Positions 19,297-28,098 of a stretch of DNA of 64,000 nucleotides are shown one piece after another; the first letter of the stretch is position 1, and each line of letters begins with the position of its first letter. Source of the stretch: Armatimonadota bacterium (GTDB lineage Bacteria > Armatimonadota > SYMT01). The stretch spans positions 1,216,001 to 1,280,000 of the forward strand of contig JAWLHY010000001.1 in the NCBI GenBank assembly GCA_041690135.1, given 5' to 3'. Position numbers and translations under genes: made by a program. Under the pieces are notes generated by a model. The model was not told the origin of the DNA. It did not search any database and saw only the letters and a program-made list of their open reading frames with translations.

Positions 19297-19300
19297 CGGC

Positions 19301-20008
19301 TCAGTCCCCCTCCACCAGGTGCTCGACCCGGCGCGTGACGCTCCAGAAGACCACCGCCGCAACCACCAGCAGGGCCCCCTTGCTCACCCACCACCAGTCC
19401 ACGTACGGGGTCGTTTGCAGCGCGCCGGCCTCGATGGCGATCAGGCGGTCGGTATAGCTATTCAGGTTCAGGAGAGGGTTCACCTGAATCCCCAGGATGG
19501 CGACCATCAATGCCGTCAGGAGATTGGCCACCCAGACCGCCATGGCCACCATGTAGCCGATGAAGACGTTCCCGAAGCGAACGTGGGTCCAGAGCGACAC
19601 CACTGCCAGAACCAGGGCCGTCGGGAACGCGGCCAGGAGGAGCGTGCCGAACGGCAGCGGCTGGATCCCGAAGTGCAACGCCCCCAGAATCCCCGCCCCG
19701 ATCAGGAGTGCGATCCCGAGTGACACCGCGAGCCGATAGGCTACGGTGACCCAGAGCGGGCTTCGCTTCGAGCGGAGCAGCTCGTGCGCGCCGCGTTTTA
19801 GCTCCGCATCCAGCACCCCCGCGGAAAAGAATGCGGCGATCACCGGCACCAGGTGCTCCGCCAGTGACCCGGCATCCGAGACCTTGAAAGCGTCCGCGTT
19901 CCGGAACTGGTGGAACAACACCATCCCGACGAGCAGGGCCACCAGGATGCCGGTCCAGAGGAGCGTCGGCCCCACGATCTTCAGGTTATAGCGGATTAGC
20001 GAGAACAT
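19301..20008 (-). CDS. ABC-2-type exporter permease-like membrane protein
   Basis: About 6 TM segments; ELKRGAHELLRSK motif typical of ABC-2 permeases; in an operon with an ABC ATPase. Confidence 0.75.
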   Translation of the reverse strand: MFSLIRYNLKIVGPTLLWTGILVALLVGMVLFHQFRNADAFKVSDAGSLAEHLVPVIAAFFSAGVLDAELKRGAHELLRSKRSPLWVTVAYRLAVSLGIALLIGAGILGALHFGIQPLPFGTLLLAAFPTALVLAVVSLWTHVRFGNVFIGYMVAMAVWVANLLTALMVAILGIQVNPLLNLNSYTDRLIAIEAGALQTTPYVDWWWVSKGALLVVAAVVFWSVTRRVEHLVEGD

Positions 20009-20018
20009 CAGGGGTCCC

Positions 20019-21422
20019 TTAACGGGTCGGCGGAGGGGTGCTCCCACCCGGTGTAAGTCCTTCCGGCGCGCCATCCGGGCCACTACCCGAAATACCGGCG
20101 GTGGGGTCCGTTTCGCCGTCAAGCGACCTTCGAATCTCCAGCTTCAGGTTTTCCCAACTCCTTTCGTCCAGCGGTAGGCCACGGGTAATCTCACGTCCAT
20201 CCTCATCCAGCAATAATGCCAGCGGCGTAGTGTTGATCCCCAGGCTCCAGGCGAGAACGGAATGCGGCTCGCGGACGTTGAAGTCGCCGCTGGAGGGCCC
20301 GCCCCAATCCGTGACCACCGGGAATTCCGTCCGGGCCAGGCGGCTCACGTCGTCAGCGCCGTTCAGGTCTTCCGATAGGCAGATTCCCACCACGCGGAGC
20401 TCGTCTTGCGCAAAGTGCGCCGGTAGTCCGGAAAGGCGGGTCAGCATCGCAGGTACGCCGCCATCTTTGGGCTGGAAGAAGACCATCAGCAGCGGTCGGC
20501 CCCGCTGGGTCGCCAGGGATACCCGGTGGCCGCGAGTGTCCACCCAGGCGAAGTTCGGCACCGGTGCGCCCCGGCGGTGACGGTTGCCCAGGCGTTTCCA
20601 AGAGGCCGCAACCCGCTCCTTCCCCGGAAGCGCCAGCGCGAGCCAGCCGGCGTGCACGGCGCTGCCCGTCAGGCACAGGACCAGAAGCGAAGCGAGCGCC
20701 ACAGTGGCGGGTGCGGCCTTTGCCCGGCGCCGGCCCTGGTAGCCGAGCAGCATTCCGAGCAGGGTTGCCAGGGTGAGGCCCAAGAACAGGCCGGCGTTCT
20801 GACTGAGATCGATCCGGAAGGCCGAAGGATAGAGGGCCCGACCCGAGTAGAGCGCGAACCAGAGCAGCCCGGCCAGCCCCGCCCCCAGGACGAGTACCCG
20901 GGTGAGCACCACCAGGCAGAAGGCCAGGGTGGTAAGAAAGAGAATCGGCGGCAGGCCCCGGATGAAGGAAAGCGCGTAAACCTCGAGTTGTACCGGCGGT
21001 TTGGCATGGATCTTCTGCCCCGCCATCGCGGCGGCGTACTCCAGTGCGAGGGGCACCAGCACCGCGACCACCATGCCCATCCAGCGGCCCAGAATGATCT
21101 CTTCGGAGCCGGTGAGCTTGCTGTCCGTGATCTCCGTTACTTCGTACCGGACGGGGCGGTGGGCCAGGCTGGCGGTCAAGAAGAGCAGAAGAATGGCTGC
21201 CAGGGGAGCTACCTGATGCGAGAGGTCCCAAGCGATGGGGAACGACGAGGGGTCGGGTTGGGTACGCGCCGTAAGGTAGCCCAACGCGGCCAGCACCAGC
21301 CCCATCACCCACGGAGCGGGCGTGGCGAGGTTGAGGCGGGCCTCCAGGAGAGCTGTAGCCTGGCAGCGTTGCCCCGCCGCGATGAAGTTCCGCAGGCGGT
21401 GCCCGGGACCGCTAGGGACCAA
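20019..21422 (-). CDS. ABC-2-type permease fused to a C-terminal redoxin/thioredoxin-fold domain
   Basis: TTG start after GAGGAGG; multi-TM N-half; C-half GAPVPNFAWVDTRGHRVSL..RGRPLLMVFF..VVGI..FPVVTD..TTPLALLLDEDG. Confidence 0.78.
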   Translation of the reverse strand: MVPSGPGHRLRNFIAAGQRCQATALLEARLNLATPAPWVMGLVLAALGYLTARTQPDPSSFPIAWDLSHQVAPLAAILLLFLTASLAHRPVRYEVTEITDSKLTGSEEIILGRWMGMVVAVLVPLALEYAAAMAGQKIHAKPPVQLEVYALSFIRGLPPILFLTTLAFCLVVLTRVLVLGAGLAGLLWFALYSGRALYPSAFRIDLSQNAGLFLGLTLATLLGMLLGYQGRRRAKAAPATVALASLLVLCLTGSAVHAGWLALALPGKERVAASWKRLGNRHRRGAPVPNFAWVDTRGHRVSLATQRGRPLLMVFFQPKDGGVPAMLTRLSGLPAHFAQDELRVVGICLSEDLNGADDVSRLARTEFPVVTDWGGPSSGDFNVREPHSVLAWSLGINTTPLALLLDEDGREITRGLPLDERSWENLKLEIRRSLDGETDPTAGISGSGPDGAPEGLTPGGSTPPPTR

Positions 21423-22323
21423 CGGTAACCTCCTCCGCAGCGGTAGCAGCCGGAACACCTTCGCCCATGATCCAGACGTAGGCGTCTTCCAGGGATGGGG
21501 TGCGAGGCTCCACTCCGGCGAAGTCGACGGCATCGGCTACCAGGCGGACCACCACGCCCCCCGCTTCCCGCTGCACTTCGGTCACGGCGTACCGCTCCCG
21601 CAGCCACGCCAGCCAGGCATCGTCCGTCAGTACCTGCCAGGTTTTGCCGCGGACCTGCTCGATCATCTCCGCCGTGGAGCCGTTGAAGATAATTTTGCCC
21701 CGCTTCATCACGGCGATCGTCTGTGCCGTGCTCGATACGTCGGCCACGATGTGCGTGGAAAGGATAATGATCCGGTCCCCGCTGAGCTCGGAGAGGAGGT
21801 TCCGCACGCGGATCCGTTCTTCCGGATCCAGTCCGGCGGTCGGTTCGTCGAAGATCACCAGCCGGGGCTCGTGAATGATCGCCTGAGCGATCCCCAGGCG
21901 GCGCTTCATGCCGCCGGAGAGCGCCCCCACCTTTCGCTTCCGGAACTCCGTGAGGTTCACCCGTTCCAGTACTTCGTCGATCCGCTGGCGGCGGATTTTC
22001 CCTCGCGTCAACCCGGCGAGAAGCCCCATGTAGTCCAGGCACTCCACCACCGATAGCGAGGGGTAAAGACCGAAGTCCTGCGGGAGGTAACCCAACTGCG
22101 CGCGGACCGCGGGCTTGTCGTAGCGGATGTCGTGCCCGTCCACCAGGGCCGTCCCCGAGGTGGGCTCCAGGAGCGTTGCCAGCATCCGCATAAAGGTCGT
22201 TTTCCCGGCCCCGTTCGGACCGAGCAGCCCCACCACGCCCTGCTCCAGCTTCAGATTCATCGGGTGGACGGCGGTCACGTTTCCGGGGTAGGTCTTGGTC
22301 AGGTTGATCGTGAGAACTTGCAA
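21412..22323 (-). CDS. ABC exporter ATP-binding protein (CcmA/DrrA-type)
   Basis: GPNGAGKTT; LSGGMKRR; IFDEPTAGLDP; STH. TTG start after GGAGG. Confidence 0.92.
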   Translation of the reverse strand: MQVLTINLTKTYPGNVTAVHPMNLKLEQGVVGLLGPNGAGKTTFMRMLATLLEPTSGTALVDGHDIRYDKPAVRAQLGYLPQDFGLYPSLSVVECLDYMGLLAGLTRGKIRRQRIDEVLERVNLTEFRKRKVGALSGGMKRRLGIAQAIIHEPRLVIFDEPTAGLDPEERIRVRNLLSELSGDRIIILSTHIVADVSSTAQTIAVMKRGKIIFNGSTAEMIEQVRGKTWQVLTDDAWLAWLRERYAVTEVQREAGGVVVRLVADAVDFAGVEPRTPSLEDAYVWIMGEGVPAATAAEEVTVGP

Positions 22324-22516
22324 GCGGGCAACCTCCGTCCAGAAGCAGACTTCAATATAGACGCCGCTGAGCATAACAGGTGACTGTGGTTTAGCACGGT
22401 TGGGCATTGGGAGCGCGGATGTCCCGTCCGCCGGGAAAAAGGCGAAACTCGCGCGCTACCAGAAGCTACTCAATTCATCGTAAGAAGGTCGGTGTCTCGA
22501 AGATGAGGGTGCGGTC

Positions 22517-23887
22517 TTGCTCAACCTGGGCTTTCAAACGGAACGGACGTGCAGCGGGCTCTCCCGCCGCGAGGTCATCAAGGTCGGCTCGCTCGGCATG
22601 CTGGGGCTGTCGCTCCCGCACGCGGTGCAGGCGGCGGAGGCCGGCGCGGGCAACGACCTCTCCGTGCTGCTCCTGTTCCTCCGCGGCGGCGTCTCACATC
22701 TGGATACGTGGGATATGAAGCCGGAGGCTCCCCTCGCCACGGCCCGGGGAGAATTCAAGCCGATTCCGACCAACGTTTCCGGAATCCAGATGTGTGACTT
22801 GTTGCCCCAGACGGCGCGCCAGGCGGACAAGCTCACTATTTTGCGTGGAGCCCATCACACCGAGGGCGAACACGACAACGCGATGCAGTGGGTGCTCACC
22901 GGGCAGCCCCGCTCCGCCGATGGGACCATCTTCCCCAACCTGGGTGCGGTCATCGGCAAGTATAAGCCCGGCCCTTCCCTGTTGCCGCAGGCCATCCACG
23001 TAGGGACGCCGAACCTAGGTAACCCGATGGCCCCGCCGGCCGCCCCGGAACAGCGCGGCCTCAGCGCCGGGTTTATGGGCGCCGCTCACACCCCATTCAT
23101 GCTCCGTGACGTGGAGAAATTGAAGGAAGAGGAGTGGCTGCAGGCGGGAGTGGACGTCCCCATTGCACGCCTGGACCGGCGCCGGAGCCTCCTGAAGGCG
23201 ATGGACCGCATCCAGGGCAGCATCGAGTCCTATGGGCTCTCCGCCCACGATGCTGCCTATGAGCGAGCCTTCTCCATCGTGACGTCCCCGGGCGCAAAGC
23301 GGGCCTTCAACCTGGACGAGGAAGCGCCGGCCCTCCGCGACCGGTACGGGCGTCACGAATGGGGGCAGAGTTGTCTTCTTGGGCGCCGCCTGATCGAGGC
23401 GGGAGTGCGCTACGTCCAGGTGAACTGGTCCGCGCGTGGCTGGGATGCCATCACCAAAAAGGACGACTTCTTCACGCGCAGCACCTTTGACTCGCACTTC
23501 GGGCACTTTCCCTGGATGCGGCGGCAGCTTCCGCGCCTCGACCCCGGCCTCGCGACCCTCCTCGCCGACATGGATGACCGCGGGCTGCTAAAGCGTACGC
23601 TCGTTATCGTCCTGACGGAATTTGGGCGCGGTGCGGGCGTCAATGGCGACGGTGGCCGCGAGCACTGGACCAAGGCCTTCACGGTCCTGATGGCCGGCGG
23701 CGGCCTCCCGGGCGGCCGTATTCTCGGCGCTACCGACGCCAATGGCCAGGAAGTGGTCTCCGGCCGGTTCGGTCCCCAGGAGTTGCTCAACTCCGTCTAC
23801 CACCTCTGCGGCCTGGACGTGCCCGTCACCCTCCGCCTGGCCGGAATCGTCCGTGATTCATCCGAAGGCATCCCCGGCCTCGTGTAG
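22517..23887 (+). CDS. DUF1501 domain protein
   Basis: TCSGLSRRE leader; GGVSHLDTWDMKP; RRLIEAGVRYV; EFGRG..GGREHW. Confidence 0.9.
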   Translation: MLNLGFQTERTCSGLSRREVIKVGSLGMLGLSLPHAVQAAEAGAGNDLSVLLLFLRGGVSHLDTWDMKPEAPLATARGEFKPIPTNVSGIQMCDLLPQTARQADKLTILRGAHHTEGEHDNAMQWVLTGQPRSADGTIFPNLGAVIGKYKPGPSLLPQAIHVGTPNLGNPMAPPAAPEQRGLSAGFMGAAHTPFMLRDVEKLKEEEWLQAGVDVPIARLDRRRSLLKAMDRIQGSIESYGLSAHDAAYERAFSIVTSPGAKRAFNLDEEAPALRDRYGRHEWGQSCLLGRRLIEAGVRYVQVNWSARGWDAITKKDDFFTRSTFDSHFGHFPWMRRQLPRLDPGLATLLADMDDRGLLKRTLVIVLTEFGRGAGVNGDGGREHWTKAFTVLMAGGGLPGGRILGATDANGQEVVSGRFGPQELLNSVYHLCGLDVPVTLRLAGIVRDSSEGIPGLV

Positions 23888-24445
23888 TTCGGCAGTCGGG
23901 GACTAGAAAGGTAGCACAGGCCCTCGTGGCCGTTGGTGACGGTGCCGGCACCTGAATACTTGTACTCGTTTCCGACCACGGCCGACCCTGTCCTGGACCT
24001 GGCGATTGTGCATGCCGGTAACCGCTCGAAGCCCTGATCATGGTGGCTCGTTCTGGTGCGCGTGCTTGCAGTGCCATCCGGGACGGATCAATTGGTGTTG
24101 ACAGGGCAAGGTATGCCAGTACCGTTCCGCTATCCGGATTTGGGCGGACCTACTCATAGGTAGTGCGAGTGTGCACTACGGCCGCCGTCCGTAACCACTG
24201 GTTTGTGTGGTTCCCCCTTCGAGCAACCGCCGGTTTCCGAGACGGGTGCCGTCCGTGACCAGGACGAAGGCGTTTTGCACCTTGTGTTCGCACCGTAACC
24301 AACGGGCACGAGGCCCTCTACTACCTTCCGGGGCCACGACCATTGCGGAGGGAGGCGACTATGGTTAATCGCGCAAGAAATTGGGGGCGCGGTGGCAGGC
24401 TGGCGTACTGGGGCTCGTTGGTGTGTTGAACATCCATCAGTCAGT

Positions 24446-25345
24446 TCAGGTGCGGTGAGCGGTATCCCAGGTGCGGTAAGGCTCTTCAACAGGCGGCGGA
24501 AGAGCCCGCAGACGGGTCAGCTCCGCCTGGAGTTCCGTCGCCTCCCCTACGCCCACAAGGTCCTGCGTGAGCCGCTGCCAGCGAACGCGAAGGTCGGGAT
24601 CCAGTTGCCTGGGGAGTGTGGCCCGCAGGGTGGTCCAATGCTCGCGGACGGCGGCCGCCAGGAGAGCGTGCCCCTGGTACCGCGCGAGGGCCAGAATGCC
24701 GGATAGGGCCGCGGTGCCGCGGGGGTTCCGCAGCGAATCCCGGGTCCACTCCGGCAACACGGGCGGTAGCGAGGGCCGGAAGGGCGATTTCCCGGAAGGT
24801 AGGCCGATCATACCCGGTATCTGCCCCAGGTACTTCCGGTAGGGATCTTTGCCGGTCCGGGTCGCGACACCCGTGAGGAAGTAGAGCAGGGCCGCTGCGG
24901 AAGGGTGCTGATCCCCGGGATGGACGTCCAGCCGTTCCGGCGGCACCTGGATGAGCTTCTCCGCGAGTCTCTCGGCCAGCGTGGACGCTCTGCGGCCGCC
25001 CCTTGTCGCCAGTTCCAGAAGCCCTCGACCCAGCTCGGCGGTACCCCAGTACTCGTCCACTCCCCGGGTGGAGGCTCCCAGGCGATCTGCCGCACCATAG
25101 ACCCCCAGGTAACCATCCGGTTCCTGTGATTCCACCAGGTGCCGCAGCAGACTCTCCATGCGATCCGAAGGCGCATTCCGGCCAGGCCGGGTGCCTGCCT
25201 GCAGCCACAGCCCCAGCCGTTCCAGTGCCGGCGTGTTCCCCGTGCGATCCCGAACCCCCCTGGCCCAGGAAACTTCGGGACTTTCGGCTCCTGCTGGTCG
25301 GGTGACCAGGCAGGCTGCCGCCAGAATCAGGTCTCTGCGTTGCAT
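24446..25345 (-). CDS. Tat-exported hypothetical protein, degenerate GH127-like helical region
   Basis: MQRRDLILAAA leader; LVESQEPDGYLG and RTGKDPYRK resemble the GH127 N-terminal barrel. Only about 300 aa. Confidence 0.55.
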   Translation of the reverse strand: MQRRDLILAAACLVTRPAGAESPEVSWARGVRDRTGNTPALERLGLWLQAGTRPGRNAPSDRMESLLRHLVESQEPDGYLGVYGAADRLGASTRGVDEYWGTAELGRGLLELATRGGRRASTLAERLAEKLIQVPPERLDVHPGDQHPSAAALLYFLTGVATRTGKDPYRKYLGQIPGMIGLPSGKSPFRPSLPPVLPEWTRDSLRNPRGTAALSGILALARYQGHALLAAAVREHWTTLRATLPRQLDPDLRVRWQRLTQDLVGVGEATELQAELTRLRALPPPVEEPYRTWDTAHRT

Positions 25346-25499
25346 CGGGTTTTTTCTTCCAAGGTGGGAATGGTTCGAGCTCGTTGGCCACCAGCCAGCA
25401 ACGTGAACGAGAAGCTTCCGCCCCTGATTTGAGAGCACCCGCTTGCAGAGCCTACAAGTGCACGCGTGTTCTCTCGTCAACCTGTCCTACTGTCGCTTA

Positions 25500-25538
25500 T
25501 TAAGGCAGGGCTAAGGCTCCGTTCAGGGACCGTTTAGA
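25500..25538 (+). promoter_or_regulatory. 11-bp-phased direct repeats (OmpR/PhoB-type box candidate)
   Basis: TTAAGG (25500), CTAAGG (25511), TTCAGG (25522), TTTAGA (25533). Confidence 0.45.
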
Positions 25539-25626
25539 CAGCCGGTTTACACTCCTAACGAAGTTGGAAGGCCGGAGCGCCCGCTTGCATAGGTGGCTCG
25601 GCCCTTTCCTCAAAGGAGTCTACCGA

Positions 25627-26574
25627 ATGTCAGCCAACCTGACCGCACAGCGGCGGAAGGGCTTTACGCTCATCGAGTTGCTCGTGGTGATTGCCATTAT
25701 CGCCATCCTCGCCGCCATTCTCTTCCCCGTTTTCGCCCAGGCTCGCGAAGCGGCTCGAAAGGCGAGCTGCCTGAATAACGTCAAGCAGATGGGTAGCGCC
25801 ATCATCATGTATGCCCAGGACTACGACGGAACCTTTCCGCAGGCGTACTACTACAACAACGACAGCAACTCCGGCGGCGGTTACTCGCAGTGGTCCGGCA
25901 CCGTGCAGCCGTATGTAAAGAACTGGCAGATGTTCGTCTGCCCGAGCGACAAGGTCAAAGGTCTGGCTCCCACCAACTTCGCCGGCAACAACATGGGCTT
26001 CGGCACCCCTCCCGGCCAGACGGCGCAGAACGCCATCCAGGATCTCCAGGCCCCGCGCCTCTCCTACACCGCCAACGCCGCGGTGATGCCCCGCAAGCGC
26101 CGTTCGGCCGACCCCGCCAACGTGGTCTATGAATCGATGCTCGACGCGCCGGCCGACACCATCCTGGTGGCCGAAATGACCGATATCCCGCCCTGTATTA
26201 ACGACAGCTCGGCGGCTTCCGGCGTGGCCTACAAGTCGCACCGCTCCACCAACGCGGTGGTCATGGCGGGTGGCGGCACCTTCACCGGCGAATCCGAAGC
26301 TCCCGGCACTCCCCTCGAAGCGATCACCCCGGCCCAGGCACGGTCCGCCCTGCAGACCTGCCAGACGGCCAGTTCCAACGGCTTGCCGCACATTGCCTAT
26401 ACCGCGCCGTTCCGACACGCGGACGGGTCCAACTACCTTTACTGCGACGGCCACGCCAAGTTCTCCAAGCTGGACGCGACACTGAACCCCAACGCTTTCC
26501 AGTGGGGCAAGCGGATGTACTCGCACGGCAACGCCCCGATCTACAAGCCCGGCACGACCACCCCGGTCCAGTAG
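25627..26574 (+). CDS. Prepilin-type N-terminal cleavage / DUF1559 / H-X9-DG protein
   Basis: [36 protein letters not shown]; YAQDYD; [15 protein letters not shown]. Confidence 0.92.
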   Translation: MSANLTAQRRKGFTLIELLVVIAIIAILAAILFPVFAQAREAARKASCLNNVKQMGSAIIMYAQDYDGTFPQAYYYNNDSNSGGGYSQWSGTVQPYVKNWQMFVCPSDKVKGLAPTNFAGNNMGFGTPPGQTAQNAIQDLQAPRLSYTANAAVMPRKRRSADPANVVYESMLDAPADTILVAEMTDIPPCINDSSAASGVAYKSHRSTNAVVMAGGGTFTGESEAPGTPLEAITPAQARSALQTCQTASSNGLPHIAYTAPFRHADGSNYLYCDGHAKFSKLDATLNPNAFQWGKRMYSHGNAPIYKPGTTTPVQ

Positions 26575-26639
26575 TCCCCATCTCAAGACCCAGGTGAGGA
26601 GGGCCCTCGGACTCTCCTCACCCCACGGAGGTGAAAGCA

Positions 26640-26837
26640 ATGCCGCAGTTCAAGCCCTGGCATGAATGGGACGTCCCTCCGCCCTGGATGTGTGCGGTGA
26701 TGGGGATCGTGATCATTGGCGTTTTCACCGGCGTGATGTGGCAGGTGAGCGAACGCAAGTCGGCGGCACTCAAAGCCACCCTGACTCCTGCTGTGGCCCC
26801 CGCCCGCAGCGATCCCAACGATCCAGACAGCTTCTAG
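26640..26837 (+). CDS. Small single-TM protein
   Basis: GGAGGTG RBS; TM AVMGIVIIGVFTGVMW; lies directly downstream of the H-X9-DG gene. Confidence 0.65.
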   Translation: MPQFKPWHEWDVPPPWMCAVMGIVIIGVFTGVMWQVSERKSAALKATLTPAVAPARSDPNDPDSF

Positions 26838-27007
26838 GGTCGCGAGGTCGCCCGGATGTCAAGCAGCCAAGGCAGGCAGGTGAGTGTATCTTGGGCGCGA
26901 CCTGTGAAAGCCCGGTCGTGCTTTTTTACGTATCCAGCTGCAGGAATTGACTGACACCGTCACCAACCCGCTTGAGACGCAGGACGGCGCCAGACGGGAG
27001 TAGGACG

Positions 27008-28066
27008 ATGATGCACGCAGGCTTGATTGGGGCCAGCAGCTTCGGCAGACACCACCTCCAGGGCTATCAGAATTCGCCGCACGTTGAGGCGGTGATCCTG
27101 GCGGGCCGGAACCGGGGAAAGTTGGAAGAGCTGCAGCGCCAGTTCCCCAAGGTCCGGGCGGTCACCACCGATTACCACGACCTGATTGCGGATCCCCGGA
27201 TCGATCTCATCGATATCGTTCTGCCGCATGACCTGCACCTTCCGGTCGCGCTGGAAGCGTTCGCGCACGGCAAGCATGTGCTGGTTGAGAAACCGCCCGC
27301 CCGCACGGTGGCGGAGTTCGAGGCGATGATCGCGGCCGCGGAGACGGTCGGGAAGCGCCTGTTCGTGGTAATGAACCTGCTCTTCACGCCCATGCACCGG
27401 GTGGTCCGGCAGGTGATTGACGCGGGACGGATCGGGCGGCCATTCCTTTCCTTCGAGACGGCTGTCCGCAATGCTCTAGCGATCTATGAAAACTCCGACT
27501 ACTGGAGAGCCGACCGCGAGCGCTGTGGCGGCGGACTTCAGATCGACGGAGGCTTTCACGGGGTCTACCGGCAGCTCTACTTCCTCGAAAGCCTCGGCGC
27601 ACCCACGTCACTGATGGCCGACAATGCGCAGATTGGGGTATATATGCCCTCAAAAGGGGAGGATTTCTCCACGCTGACCCTGGCCTACCAGAACGGCGCT
27701 CGCATCCACCTGATGAACCAGTGGACGGCCCGTGCACCTATGGGAGAGGTGCCCAGCGGCGTTCTGGGCACCGGGGGGGCGCTCGTCTTCACCGGTTCGC
27801 ATGCGACCCCCCTGGTCCTTCGCCGGCCCGAACGGGCGGATGAGGCGATCCCCGTGCCGGACGGACCGAGCGGGTTCGCCGAGTCGGTCACGGCGTGTGT
27901 CGAACATTACGTCGAGTGCCTGGCCACCGGACGGGAGCCTTACGTCGGTCTGGATCTGCCAATGCTAACGCTGGAGATCATTACCGCCGCCTACCGCGCG
28001 GCGGTAGAGGGGCGGAGAGTAGCTCTGAAGACCGGTTTCCGCACCCGGTTTCCCGCGGAGTGCTGA
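27008..28066 (+). CDS. Gfo/Idh/MocA family oxidoreductase
   Basis: GLIGASSFG; HVLVEKP; GGGLQIDGGFH. Confidence 0.88.
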   Translation: MMHAGLIGASSFGRHHLQGYQNSPHVEAVILAGRNRGKLEELQRQFPKVRAVTTDYHDLIADPRIDLIDIVLPHDLHLPVALEAFAHGKHVLVEKPPARTVAEFEAMIAAAETVGKRLFVVMNLLFTPMHRVVRQVIDAGRIGRPFLSFETAVRNALAIYENSDYWRADRERCGGGLQIDGGFHGVYRQLYFLESLGAPTSLMADNAQIGVYMPSKGEDFSTLTLAYQNGARIHLMNQWTARAPMGEVPSGVLGTGGALVFTGSHATPLVLRRPERADEAIPVPDGPSGFAESVTACVEHYVECLATGREPYVGLDLPMLTLEIITAAYRAAVEGRRVALKTGFRTRFPAEC

Positions 28067-28098
28067 GGCACTGCGCGCGCAACCGTACCGGCTGGGGA

